A DNA stretch of 64,000 bases from the human T2T-CHM13v2.0 reference genome, Homo sapiens: the NCBI RefSeq assembly GCF_009914755.1, contig NC_060948.1; one strand, given 5' to 3'. Each line of letters starts with the position of its first letter. Within the stretch, counting starts at the first letter, position 1. Under the pieces are notes generated by a model. It was not told where the DNA came from, did not search any database, and was given only the letters and a program-made list of their open reading frames with translations. Made by a program: the position numbers and the translations under genes. This document shows, one piece after another, positions 1 through 13,416 of the stretch.

Positions 1-399
1 TGGAAGTTAAAATTATTAAAAACATTTAAAATTTAATAATTGCAACATGTTTACTTTTGACTTCTAATCACTGTCTTACAAATTATTATCAGTGATTGGG
101 CCAGATAACCTGCATTATATTGGAATTGATCTCCCAGGACCTTATTTATTTATTCAGCTTAAACGTAGCTCACTGTTGAGACTTGATTTATAGTCAGGGT
201 ATACATTATTACTTAGAAAGGGCAGACCACTTTTAACAATCTAAAAGGAATAACTCATTAGTGAGCTATAAAGAAAGAATGATAATGGCTAATCTAAAAT
301 ATTAAGATAGCAACTAACTATAATAGTCATTTTTAAATAAAATATACTCAAATATAAAAAATGTCAATTCAGATACAGAATGATAGAGCTGTCATTATG

Positions 400-660
400 A
401 GATATATACATATATATAAAAAATATACACACATATACACATATATATGTGGGTATATATACATATACACACATGCATAATTATATTAATATAAATACAC
501 AATATATTTTATAAATATAATTTACATGAATTGTTATGTATTATATGTCACATATAATATATAGTTATACATGTAATGTGTATATGTAATATACATATAT
601 GTACATTATAGAAGGAAGGCTATACTGTATATCACATATAGTATAATTAAAATTTATATT
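400..660. repeat. AT-rich (TA)n low-complexity tract
   Basis: Degenerate atat/acat runs. Confidence 0.85.
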
Positions 661-663
661 TTA

Positions 664-790
664 GGCCTGGCAAAGTGGCTTACACCTATAATCTCAACTG
701 GGAGGCCAAGGTAGTAGGATAACTTGAGGCCAGGAGTTCACGACCAGTCTGGGAAACAATGAGTCTCCTTCTCTAAAAACAATAATACAT
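664..790 (+). mobile_element. Alu monomer (FLAM/AluJ-like)
   Basis: Left-arm Alu motifs ending in an A-rich tail. Confidence 0.8.
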
Positions 791-799
791 AAGTAAACA

Positions 800-1108
800 G
801 GCCAGGCGTGGTGGCTCACACCTGTAATCCCAGCAGTTTGGAAGGCCAAGGCGGGTGGATTGCTTGAGGTCAGGAGTTCAAGAACAACCTTGCCAACATG
901 GTGAAACCCCCATCTCTACTAAAAATACAAAAACATTAGCTGGGTGCACACCTGTATACCCAAATACTCAAGAAGCTGAAGGAGGAGGATCCCTTGAACC
1001 TGGGAGGAGGAGGTTTCAGTGAGCGGAGATTGTGACATTATAATCCAGCCTGGGCGGCACAGAGAGACTCCGTCTCAAAAAAAAAAAAAAAACAAAAAAA
1101 CAAAAAAA
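800..1108 (+). mobile_element. Alu (AluS-like)
   Basis: Dimeric Alu, poly(A), flanking aagtaaaca repeat. Confidence 0.95.
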
Positions 1109-1221
1109 GTAAACAAGTAAATGAAGAAATCAATAAATTAATTTTTCTATTATAATATACTATGTATATATGAAAAATTTATAATACATAATATATGTTA
1201 TTATTATAAACTTTTGTTTCT

Positions 1222-1500
1222 TCCTTTTTTTTGAGATGGAGTTTCATCTTGTTGCCCAGGATGGAGCACAACGGTGCAATCTTGGCTCACAACTTTAGCC
1301 TCCCAGTGCAAGTGATTCTCCTGCCTCAGCCTCCCTAGTAGCTGGGATTACAGGCATGTGCCAATATGCCCAGCTAATTTTGTATTTTTAGTAGAGACAG
1401 TGTTTCTCCATGTTGGTCACGCTGGCCTTGAATTCCTCACCTCAGGTGATCCTCTCACCTCAGCCTCCCAAAATGCTGGGATTAGAGGCATGAGTCACCA
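1222..1500 (-). mobile_element. Alu
   Basis: Poly(T) followed by reverse-complement Alu. Confidence 0.95.
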
Positions 1501-1593
1501 AATATTTTCATATGATATATTAAATAATTACATAACTATAACATATTTACATAATGTTATATAAAATTTATATAACTAAAATAGAATTTATAA

Positions 1594-1690
1594 AGCCACC
1601 ATGGCACATATATACCTATGTAACAAACCTGCATGTTCTGAACGTGTATCCCAGAACTTAAAGTAAAATAATAATAAAAATAAAAAATTA
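1594..1690 (+). mobile_element. L1PA 3' terminal fragment
   Basis: catggcac...tacctatgtaacaaacctgca...cccagaacttaaagta plus A-rich tail. Confidence 0.85.
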
Positions 1691-2030
1691 TATTGAGATA
1701 TATTAATTATAACATATATCTTATTATATATAACATATTATATATAAGACATGTTATATGTTATAGTAACATAATTGTATAACTTATACAATATATAATT
1801 ATGTTGTAATTAATATATCTCATATGATATAAATACTATATATTACATTACAGTTATACTGTGATTATATGCTATATATATCACAGTATGTAGTATTACA
1901 TATTATAATAGTACATAATGAAACATTTTATGTTACATAATTATATTAGTATGTTGCATAATTATTATATTATTATGAGTAAATTATATTGCAATGGTTA
2001 TATTATATATAGTATATATTACATATTTTG
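1690..2030. repeat. AT-rich low-complexity tract
   Basis: Degenerate (TA)n/(ATT)n. Confidence 0.8.
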
Positions 2031-2769
2031 GTCATGATGCCAAAACATACAAAGAGTAAATATGTTATTAATATAAAAGTATCATGTTTGAATATATTCA
2101 CAATATAGTTAGTACACACTGGAGTGACATAAATCTATGAGATGTATATGTTGAAACAGTTGAACCTATACTACCTACAGGGATGCATATCTGCAAGCAA
2201 GAATACCCTCTTCCCAGGTCTCAGTGCCTCTTCTTTTGCACCCATTCAACCTCATGGCACCATGAAGACCTCCTTCCCTAAGGAAAGGGAGGATTCCTAG
2301 ATCTGAGTCCCCTTGGGAAGGTGGTCTTTGGAAATAGCAGCCCAACAAGAACTTCTATGATCCTTCTGTAATTATGAGAGTCACAGCTAAGCTTTATCCC
2401 CTAGAATGTAAAGTCAGTTGAAATAAAGGCAAAGAGTCTGGGCTAGGGAAGCATCCCATGGAGATGTGGCCCAGTAGCTACAGAATGCTCCTCCCCTGGG
2501 CTTCCCGTGTCCTGCACATCCTCAACTCCACAGAAGCCCACAGCATTTTCACAGGGGAAGTCCCACGTTGTTTTGGTCTTTCTAATACCATCCTTCTCAA
2601 TGTCATGGCCATCAGACCAAATGAAATATGGCACACACACTTAAATCTTTTCCTGTTTGAAATGTAAGTATTTTTAACTTTGAAATGCTGCCTCTAAGAA
2701 ATATCTCCCCAACGGATGCTTATTGTAAATTCAGCTACCAATGCTCCTTTTCAAATAAAATGAATAATA

Positions 2770-2850
2770 TTGAGATGGAATGTCACTCTGTTGCCGGCTG
2801 GAGTGCAGTGGTGTGATCATGGCTCACTGCAATCTCTGCCTCCTGAGTTC
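2770..2850 (-). mobile_element. Alu fragment
   Basis: ggctggagtgcagtggtgtgatcatggctcactgc. Confidence 0.85.
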
Positions 2851-3259
2851 TGCTCCAAAAGAGTGAGCCAACCAATTAGCTCACAGGTGATTAATACTAT
2901 TTTGTAAATTGGCCTGATCACCAAACATCATGAATTTATGTCATGAATTTATTCTCGCTCCTCACAGACATGTCTTTTTCAGATGGTTTTTGATTCTTTG
3001 TGATTCCATAGAGTAGGAATGTTACCTCATTGTTCGACTCGCAATCCTGTGATATGTCATGAGTCTGAACATTTAACATAAGAATATAATCACTTTGTTT
3101 TGGAATTTGTGAGCCCACTCACATGTGGCTTCTTTGATGCCTTTGAAGTGCTTTGAAGCCAAAAGAACTGTCTTCTTGTGGTAAGGGGAGCCAGGAACAG
3201 CTGAGTAAAAACTACAGATAACCTTAAGCATCTTTCCTATTTGACTTCCTATTTATTTT

Positions 3260-4200
3260 AAGAACTTTTTTAGTTTTCCATATTTAGGGGAACGAATGCA
3301 GGTTTCTTATGTGCACGTATTTTATAGTGGTGAAGTCTGGGCTTTTAGTGAACCCATCAAACAAAGAGTGAGCATTGTGCCCAATAGGTAATTTCTCAAC
3401 CCCTACCCACTTCCACACTTCTGGGGAAGATTCATATTTCTCCTTAGGCACTGATAAGTTCAAAAGTAAAGTTGGTTTCATAACCCTTCCATCAAGTCCT
3501 CCTGACAACAGCCCAAAGGCCTTGTGCAGAGCAAGCAGAAACTTGCCCACCATGTCAACTTCAAAGTGAATAATCATCACATCATTAATGAGCTTCTGAC
3601 AACTACTCATTGATTATGGAATCATAAAACACTAGAAAGTAAAGGGTGGAAGAGACTTCCAATACATCACTTTTGCTTATTTTCCTTTAAGAAATTTTTT
3701 AGTTTTCTATATTTAGGGGTAGAAGTGCAGGTTTCTAACATACACAATTTTGTACTGGTGAAATCTGGGCTTTTAGTGAACCCATCAATCAAATAGTAAG
3801 CATTGTGCCGAATAGGTAATTTCTCAGCTCCTACCCACTTTCACACTCCTAAGTCTCCAGTGTCCATTATTTTACTGTCTATGTCCCTACCTGCACACTG
3901 TTTAGTTCCCACTTACAAGTGAGAACATGGGGTAATTTTATCTCTGTTTTTGAGTTATTTCACTTAGGATAATGGCCTCCAACTCCATCCAGGTTACTAC
4001 AAGACAATATTTCACTCTTCTTTTATGGCTGGATAATATCCTATGGTGTACCTATACCACATTTTCTTTATCCAGTCCTCTACTGATGGACACTTAGGTT
4101 GATTCTATATTTTGGCTATTGTAGTGCTGTGATAAACATATGAGTGCAAGTGTCTTCTTTAGACAATTTTTCTTTTCCCATGGGTAAATACCCAGACGTT
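3260..4200 (-). mobile_element. L1MA-type 3' end (3689-4200) plus a duplicate of its terminal ~160 bp (3260-3423)
   Basis: cccacttacaagtgagaacatg...cacttaggataatggcctcc L1 3' UTR motifs; two colinear copies of the terminus. Confidence 0.8.
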
Positions 4201-4334
4201 GGAACTTCTTGCAGATCAAGATACTTCCCCAAACTTCAAAATCAAAAATCTGTAGTATATATCTCACCATTTAGGGTACTCAAAGACACATTCTACACAC
4301 TCTCTTCAACATGTAAGTTCTACCTTGGTGCTGA

Positions 4335-4652
<318 letters not shown>

Positions 4653-4929
4653 TCTCTATCTTGGTTTTCAAAAAGGAGGAAGAAAGAAGGAAAGATGAGA
4701 ATAGATGACTTACAACCACAATGAACAATGTGCTGTCAACAATGTTGGATAGGTAGATCACATTTTTAGACTGATAAAAATTTGCAAAACAATTTTTTTG
4801 TTTTTTGTAAATTCTACATGCCTACACTCTTAACCCTTCAACACAAGAAGAAGGAATTTGGTTCTCTCTGAACAACTGCTCACACCTCATACTCATACTC
4901 ACCAAAATATTCTCCCAAATAAATCCTTC

Positions 4930-5229
<300 letters not shown>

Positions 5230-5361
5230 CTATCTGTATAATGTGACTACATGTGCTGAATCATCTTCATTTATGCAACTGATTAGATAAATTTGGCACA
5301 AACTATTCAATTACCTGGCCAGAGTTCTCCAGAGAAACAGAACCAGTAGGGAAAATAATAG

Positions 5362-5660
5362 AGGCTGAGTGTGGTGGCTCACTCCTGTAATCCTAGCACT
5401 TTGGGAGGCTGAGGCAGGGGAATCACTAGGGACTAGGAGTTTAAGACCAGCCTGGCCAACATGGCAAAACCCCATCTCTACTAAAAATGCAAAAATTAGC
5501 TGGCCATGGTGGCACATACCTGCAATCCCAGCTACTCGGGGGGATGAGATAGGAAGATTGCTTGAGCCTGGGAGTTGAAGGCTATAGTGTGCCAAAATTG
5601 CAACACTGCAATCTAGCCTGGGCAAGAGAAGGAGATGTTCTCTCTCTCTCTCAAGAGAGA
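5362..5660 (+). mobile_element. Alu
   Basis: Dimeric Alu. Confidence 0.9.
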
Positions 5661-5684
5661 AAGAAAGAAAGAAAAAGAAAAATA

Positions 5685-5860
5685 ATAGATGACTGATAGA
5701 AGATAGATGTGACAGATGATAGATATGATAGATGATGATGATCAATATAGATAGATGATAGATACATGATGGAGATAGATAATAAACAGATAACCGATAC
5801 ATAGAGACATAATAAGATGGATAGATGGATAAGATAGATAGATAGATAGATAGATACATA
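5685..5860 (+). repeat. Compound (GATA)n microsatellite
   Basis: Degenerate GATA/GATG/GACA units ending in a short perfect GATA run. Confidence 0.9.
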
Positions 5861-6638
5861 AAGATTTATTATGGGAATTGAAGTTATTATGGAGGCTGAG
5901 AGGTCCCAAGCCTTACTACGTGCAAGTTGGAGAAAGAGGAAAGCTGGTGTTGTAATTCCAGTATTTCCGAAGGCTGCGAACCAGAGAGTTCACCATGTAA
6001 CTATCAGTCCAAGATCAAGGTCCTGAGAATATGGGACATCACTAGTGTCAGTTCCAGATATGAAGGTTCTGTCTTCTAAGAACCTAAGTTAGGGTGACAG
6101 AGAGCAGAAGAAGATGACTGCCCAGCTTGAGAGAGAGCAAATTCACCTTTCCTCTGTTATTTTTTTTCTACCTCTGGTGCTGTACAGTCTGAATCATCAT
6201 GTCCACTCACATTGCTGAGGGTGGGTCTGCCGTCCTCAGTCCACCAGTTCAAAGGCCAGTCTATTCCAGAAACCTGCTCACAGGCACACACCTGGTATCC
6301 CTCAGATAGCTAAAGTTGCTGCCTAAAATTAATCATCACAATAGTGTTGTCTGAAATCAAATGGACGGGGTCCAGCACGTGTTGGTGTGTGCAGCAAATA
6401 TATCATCCATACCAAGCCACTTGGTGGTAACAGCCAGGTGTTGGCTTCAAGGAAGGGCCTGATAGAGTAAATGGAAACTGTTCCACCAAAGCAGGGGTTC
6501 TTCAGGCATAGACTCTCTTGAGACCTATATGGCTGTCTACTAGTTTAAGCATTCTAACATTATGTATGCCCTATATCAAACCTCATAAAAGAGTTGATAT
6601 GGCTGATAGACTATCATTACAGATTGAAAATTGGTTAA

Positions 6639-6930
6639 GGCCAGGCATAGTGGCTCATGTTTGTAATCCCAGCACTTTGGCAGGCTGAGGCAGGTAAATG
6701 GGTTGAGTTCAGGCATTTGAGACCAGCTGGGGCAACATGGTGAGACCTCTAACTTTGGAAAAAACTCAAACATTATTTGGGCATGATAGTATAGTACCAG
6801 CTACTTAGACAGCTGAGATGGGAGGATCATCTGAGCTTAGGGAGATCAAGGCTGCAGTGAGCTGTGATGGCACAACTGCACTGCAGCCTGGGTGACAGAG
6901 TTACACTCTGTCTCAAACAATTACAATAAT
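6639..6930 (+). mobile_element. Alu (AluJ-like)
   Basis: Dimeric Alu. Confidence 0.9.
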
Positions 6931-7621
6931 AAGAAGTCAAGCAACATTTTGGTGCATATTTTAAATACTTCAAAAATACCAAGGCAAAGTTAAGAAGTAG
7001 CCAGTGTCACACATGGAATCTCTTCCTTTTAAGCTGGAAGTGGAATCACATGTTCTAACATTGGACTTCTGCTGCTGCATTTAGGTCTCATAAAGGGAAC
7101 ATACTTTGGGGTTGCAAATTCAGAAAGAAAACAAGGCTGTGATTGACTTTACCCTACTGCTGGAAATCTGGTTCCAAATAGTCCTTTGTCTCATACCCAT
7201 TGTTCAAATCAAGAAACTGTTCATCGCTAAACCAAACCCTGGGATTAGCATTGACTCCCACACTTGAGGTTTTACATGCATGAAAAGACCAGGCTTAGAA
7301 AATTAGTTCAATAAAAAATAATAGATTTTTTGCCTATTTAGCTTGAAAATGGGGAGTTTAAAGATGATTGGCTAAATTATCTTCAAAATATTTTAATTGT
7401 ATGCAGAAGATATTCATTCATTATCCTAAGTATAAAATGAATAAACAGACAGCTAAAACATATCCAGAAAGTATTTGGGTGTAAGTCAACCTAATTACAA
7501 GTTGATTATACATTAGTCAAGACTAATAAGGAAGACTGATTTCAGAATTTTCAGGTGTAAGTGTAAGTTTTTTTTTTTCCCTCACCATCTTCAGGTGTAA
7601 GAATAAGGTTTTTTTCATTTT

Positions 7622-7925
7622 AGGTTTTGTTTTCTTCTGTTTTTGAGACACAGCCTCACTCTATTATCCAGGCTGGGGTGTAGTGGTGCGACTGTGTCTC
7701 ATTGCAGCCTCCAACTCCCAGGCTCAAGCCATCCTCCCATTTCAGACTCTTGAGTAGCTGGGACTAAGAGAGAACACCACCACACCTGGCTACTTTTTAT
7801 ATTTTTTGTACAGACAGGTTCTCCCTATGTTTCCTAGGCTGGTCTCAAACTCTTGACCTCAACCAATTCTCCAGCCTCAGCTTCCCAAAGTACTGAGATT
7901 ACAGGTGTGAGCCACCATGTCCTGC
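7622..7925 (-). mobile_element. Alu (AluJ-like)
   Basis: Reverse-complement Alu. Confidence 0.9.
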
Positions 7926-8339
7926 AGGGAATAATTTTTTTTTTTTAAGGAAGAAAATGTTATTTGTCCTGAAAAACTTAGATATCTAGCCATCTTTAAA
8001 AAAGGAATTAAACTAGATAATCTATTTAGGTTTTATTCATGTATGTGTGAGCATCCATAAATATATGTTACTGCAAACAGATATCTGAGTTCCTAAACAG
8101 AATATGGCTTATTACTATGAAACACAATCAGTTTCCCAACATTTTTTTCATAAAATAGTTGACTCTTTATCTAGAAGATCTTTTCTGTATTTTTTCTTGG
8201 CCTTCCAAAAATAGCATAGAATGAAACAGAGAGCCATAACTGAGAGTATTAAGTGTCAGACTCAGCCTACACACCTATATGGGTGAACTATGACAGTCAG
8301 GCAAAGGTAATACACACCTGTCTTTGGAAGAAGAACTTA

Positions 8340-8747
8340 CAATTGACCTTTGAACAACATGAGTTTGAACTGCATTGGAGGTCCTGAGACAGCAGGACCA
8401 ACCCCTCCTCTTCATTCTCCTCCTCAGCCTCTTCAGTGTGAAGATGACGTGAGGAAGACCTTTACGATGATCCACTACTACTTGATAAACAGTAACTATA
8501 TTTCATTTTTTTAGGATTTTCTTAATAACATTTTTTCTCTACCTTATTTTATTGTAACAACACAGTATATAGTATACATAACATACAAAATATGCGTTAG
8601 TTGACTCTCTATGTTATTGTAAGGCTTCTGGTCTTTTCAGCAGTATATTAACTGTTAAGTCTTGGAGGAGTTAAAAGTAATACATGGATTTTTGACTGCA
8701 TGGGAGAGTAAGTGCCCCTAATCTCTACACTGTTCAAGGGTCATCTG
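8340..8747 (+). mobile_element. Tigger2a/MER28-like non-autonomous DNA transposon
   Basis: Terminal inverted repeats caattgacctttgaaca / tgttcaagggtcatctg, TA on both flanks. Confidence 0.85.
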
Positions 8748-8934
8748 TATATTGAAAATATAGTCTTTTTACCAATGAAAATATCTTTCACGTACTAATG
8801 CAAGATGAATGCTGCATAGACTCAACTATATTTTACTCCTTAAACCAAGACATATATATATACTTGGAAATTGTCACTGTATGGTATTGTAATACCTAAC
8901 TCAGGATATATTGGCTGTTATAAAAAGTTCCTCC

Positions 8935-9225
8935 TGCCTGGTATGGTGGGCTCATGCCCGTAATTCCAACGCTTTGGGAGGCCCAGGTGGGAGGATCCCT
9001 TGAAGCCAGAAGTTTGAGACCAGCCTGGGCCACATTCGGAGACCCCATCTCTATAAAAAAAAAAAAAAAAAAAAAATTAAAAGTAGCCAGGCTTGGTGGT
9101 GCACACCTGTAGTCACAACTACTTGGGAGGCTGAGGTGGGAGGACCCCTTGAGCCCAGGAGTTCAAGGCTGCAGTGAGCTATGATCACACCACTGCACTC
9201 CAGCTTCGGTGACAGAGCAAGATGA
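8935..9225 (+). mobile_element. Alu (AluJ-like) with (GA)n tail
   Basis: Dimeric Alu followed by GA repeat. Confidence 0.9.
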
Positions 9226-9408
9226 GAGAGAGAGAGAGAGAGAGATGGAGAGAGAGAGGGAGAGGGAGAGGGAAGTTTCTCCTGTATAATTATTTTTAAT
9301 ATGAGAAAAAGAGACAGAGGGAGAGAGTGAGGAGGGGAGACAGAGAGAGGAAGGAAAGAAGGAAGGAAGGAAGGAAGGAGAGAGAGAGAGAAAGTTTCTC
9401 CTCAATAA

Positions 9409-9710
9409 TTTTGTTTTTTGTTTTGAGACAGAGTCTCACTCTGTAGCCCAGGCTTGAGTGCAGCGGTGCAATCTCGGCTCTCAGCAGCCTCCATCTCCCA
9501 GGTTTAAGTGATTATTCTGCCTCAGTCTCTGGAGTAGATGGGACTACAGGAACATGCCACCATGCTGGGCTAATTTTTGTATTTTTTTTTTTAGTAGAGA
9601 TGGAGTTGCACCATATTGGCCAGGCTGGTCTTGAACTCTTAACCTCATGATCTGCCCACCTTGGCCTCCCAAAGTGCTGCAATTACAGGCATGAGACACT
9701 GTCACTGGCC
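9409..9710 (-). mobile_element. Alu
   Basis: Reverse-complement Alu. Confidence 0.9.
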
Positions 9711-9977
9711 AATTATTTTTAATATAACCCAAATAGTGACCAACTATAAAGAGAAGGCAGAAAATAGTGCCAAAACCTTTTCTCACCTTTAGAGATAAAA
9801 TGCCCTTGTTGGTATGGTCTGTTCTTTTAAGTCTGTTGTCATTTGGTATTAGAAAGAGAAATTTAACATATGGAGTTTCTCGTGGAAACTTCCTTTGAAC
9901 TGGTTTCGCTTGGGTTCATTTGATAAATTTACATCTGTTTATTTTTTACGCCTCCAAATGTAACCACACAACCACCT

Positions 9978-10273
9978 ATTTATTTATTTATTTTACTTTT
10001 TTGGGATGGAGTTTCACTCTGCCATCCAGGCTGGAGTGCAGTAGTGCAATCTCTGCTCACTGCAGCCTCTGACTCCTGGGTTTAAAAGATTCTCCTGACA
10101 GCCTCCCGCGTAGCTGGGACTACAGTGGCTATTTTTTTTTTTTTGCATTTTTAATAGATAACGGGGTTTCATCATGTTGACAAAGCTGGTCTCCAATTCC
10201 TGACCTCAGGTGATCCACCCATCTCGGCCTCCCAAAGTCCTGGGATTCCAGGCATGAGCTACTGTGCCCAGCC
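9978..10273 (-). mobile_element. Alu
   Basis: Reverse-complement Alu. Confidence 0.9.
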
Positions 10274-11255
10274 ACAAATACCAATTTAAACCATGGGTTC
10301 TGTGTCTGTGGTTGTCTGAGGTACCTCAAATCCTTATTTTTCAAATGAATAGTTTTTGCTCTAGCCAGTTTCCTACCTTTCCACAGTAAAGAGCTTAGAC
10401 ACAAGATCAGGCATTCAAAGTTTTATTGTTTTTCTTTAATACTAAATGACACAATATAACACCATCCAGGCCTGCAGCTCTCAATAAAGCTAAATGTGAT
10501 TTTGTTTGAAATGACAGGATCCACCAATGCATTCAACAGCCTTCTACATGTCTGAGGTCAGGAAGTTGTCTTAAAGAAGACAAATCCCTTCTAAGAGAAA
10601 AAAATAAAATAATTTTTTTTTTGATTCTTAAATTTATATAGCTGGACTATCAAATAAAAACATGAAGGATAAAAAGAAAAATCTACCAGCTGCTACACAC
10701 CAGATGATAAAAATGTGAGAGATTCTGAATATTCAGCTTACGGAGGACAAAGTGCAGCTAAAATACAATGAAATGTGCTCCTTTTCACTTGAAAGATGTT
10801 AAACCACTTTCATAAAAGGTTAAGGCTTTACAACTATGTATTAATTTTCAAATCTCTTAAACAGCATCTTGAGTTGTTGAAAATATCAAGGAATTTTTGC
10901 TTTCTACTGAGATTTTTCCTTGCAAGGTCAAAAGCATGATCAGTCTCTTCTTAGGAGTTACTCAAGCGTCCATAAAACCTTATTGTTAACACTAGGCCCT
11001 GTGACATACAGCAGATCTTCAGAACTTACTCATCTCAAGTAACTTAACTGTAGATCAGTATCTCCCTTTTCACTCTCCTCACCTTCCCTAGCAACCACCA
11101 TTCTGTTTTCTACGTCTCTAAGTTTGACTGTTTTACGCACCTCATATGAATAGTGTATACAAAAAAACTTGCTTCAAACTGTGTTTTACCTCTGCTCTTA
11201 AACTACAAAACATCATCAACACATAAGCAGCATTCTGTGACTAAATGTATGACCT

Positions 11256-11425
11256 TTCAAGAAAAAGAGTCAAACTCTGTAAAATATTTGAAGAGATTTA
11301 TTCTGAGCCAAATATGAGTGACCATGGCCTGTGACACAGCCCTCAGGAAGTCCTGAGAACATGAGCCCAAGGTGGTTGGGGCGCAGCTTGGTTTTAAACA
11401 TTTTAGAGAGGCATGAGACATCAAA
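11256..11425 (-). mobile_element. MER4-family LTR, 3' part only
   Basis: aagagtcaaactctgtaaaatatttgaagagatttattctgagccaaatatgagtgaccatg; reverse complement of the 15680-15848 copy. Confidence 0.85.
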
Positions 11426-11426
11426 C

Positions 11427-11874
11427 TGTTACACATGTCCATGTGAAGGGAGTCCACCAACAGGCTTTGTGTGAGCAACAAGGCTGTTTATTTTACCTGG
11501 GTACAGGCAGGCAGAGTCCAAAAAAGTAGTCAGCAAAGGGTGGTGGGATTAACATTAGTTGTTACAGGTTTGGGATAGCAGTACAAAGTACGTTCTCACG
11601 GGCAGGGAGAATATTACAAAGTGACTTCTTAAGGGCTTAAGGTGGGCAAGGTGGGGGCGGGGGCAGGGGAAGAATATTACAAAGTACCTTAAGGACAGAG
11701 GAGAATATATCTTTTCAGTTAGGGTGGGACAGGAACAAATCACAATGGTGGAATGCCATCAGTTAAGGCTATTTTCACTTCTTTTGTGGATCTTCAGTTG
11801 CTTTAGACCATCTGGATGTATACATGCAGACCACAGTGGATATGATGGCTTTGCTTGTGCTCAGAGGCCTGACA
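11427..11874 (-). mobile_element. HERV-H 3' LTR (LTR7 family)
   Basis: Minus strand begins tgtcaggcctctgagc, preceded by polypurine tract aagacaggaa; contains caggctttgtgtgagcaac. Confidence 0.92.
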
Positions 11875-12035
11875 TTCCTGTCTTGTTATATTAATAACAA
11901 AAACAAAACAAAATGGTGGTGAAGTGTTGGAGTGGCGAAAACTTTGTGGAGATGGTACGGGGAGACAATGGGCAATGTTTCTCAGGGCTGCTTTTAGCAG
12001 AATTAGGGTGATGTGAGAACCTAGAGTGGGTAAGC

Positions 12036-12490
12036 TTAAACTGAAGAGCTGCTTTGAGCGGGATTAGGGGCAGTGTGGGAACCTACAGCGGGAGAGATTA
12101 AACTGAAGAAAGATTTTAGGGTAGGGTGTGATGTTGTGGGGTGGTCAGAAGGAGCATTTTTTGTATAGAATGATTGGTGATGGCCTGGATGTGGTTTTGT
12201 AAGAATTGAGAAACTAAACGGAAGACTCAAGGTCCGAATAAGAGAAGGAGAAAAATAGGTATTAACTAAGACTTGGGAGGACCCAGGACATCCAATTAGA
12301 GAGTGCCCAAGGGGGTTCAGTATAATTATTTGGTAGCTGGTGAGTTTTAGGGCTCTATCTTTGAGTTTTTTTATGTTGTCATATACCAGGCCAGATTGAT
12401 TCAGGTAAAAACAACACACTTCATTTAAAAATATACAGAGTCCCCTTTTCTTAGCAGTGAGTAAGTCGAGGCCTCAGCGATTTTGGAGGA
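12036..12490 (-). pseudogene. HERV-H env TM remnant (immunosuppressive domain with stop, CX6CC)
   Basis: ctc caa aat cgc TGA ggc ctc gac tta ctc act gct; CIFLNEVCCFYLNQSG. Confidence 0.85.
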
Positions 12491-13416
12491 AAGAGAAATG
12501 CAAAGCCAGCAATTGTTTGTTAAAGAAGGATTAGAAAAGGCTGGAAAAAGTGAGCGAGATTGATAGTGTGGTGGAGATAGCTGGGGAGAGGTAAAGGGTG
12601 GCATAAGAACAGGAATGAGAATAAGAGTGAGTATAAAAGGAAAGAATAGGACTTCATCAGGGTGAAAGTGTTGGAGGGTGCCCTATCAGAAAAGATCATC
12701 TGTCCACTCCAAGAGGGAGTCAAGATTGGTGGACTGGGGATAGTACCAGGAGATATCTGCTGCAATGATTTGGAGGAAAAGTGTAAACCAGCAGTGGAAA
12801 CAAGGGCAGGGTGAATAGGAGTATAACTAGACAGAAGATAGTAGGGATGACAAGTTTTTGGGGAGCAGTCCAAGTAGTGGAGGTGACTGCGTAAAGCCCT
12901 GTTGCAAAAAGTAGGGTAAGGACCAATAGACCTAATAGAATGAAGGGATGTATTAGGCTCATAAGGGTTATTACTGTTCTTCAGAAATGCGAGTGAGTTT
13001 AAGGGAAGTAGAGGAGAGTACTTGTGACTTCCAGGAGGAAGATGAGAGATCAGGCTGGCTGTCTGATGGACACAGCTTTATTTTGGAATGGTGAACCCAA
13101 TGGGGAGGGTCCTGCAGGCAGATGGCAGCTGGGGTACGATAGATGACTAAGTAGGGTCTGGTCCATCAAGGCTGTAGAGTTTGAGGGGTCAGATTCTTAA
13201 TAAGAACTGATCGTCCAGCTAGGGTCTCTTCCTATGGCTGGGAATCTGGAGTAGGCAAGAGATTAGCAGCCTGGCAAATTTGCTGTCTAGCCTGCTGGAG
13301 GACCAGTAGAGTCACCTAGAGGGCTGTTGTCTAGGACAAGGTTGGGGCCGAGCAAGAAAGTGTGTCTATATAAAAGTACAAATGGGCTGTACTATGTAGC
13401 ATCTCGAGAATAGGCT

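Larger units (their letters stand above)
5312..6340 (-). mobile_element. MLT2-type ERVL LTR interrupted by an Alu and a GATA repeat
   Basis: gttctccagagaaacagaacc ... gatttattatgggaattg ... aaaattaatcatcaca terminus. Confidence 0.75.

Noticed and set aside
7549-7602. Repeated ttcaggtgtaag around a pyrimidine tract, resembling splice signals
   Set aside because: Too short, and no exon context or ORF support
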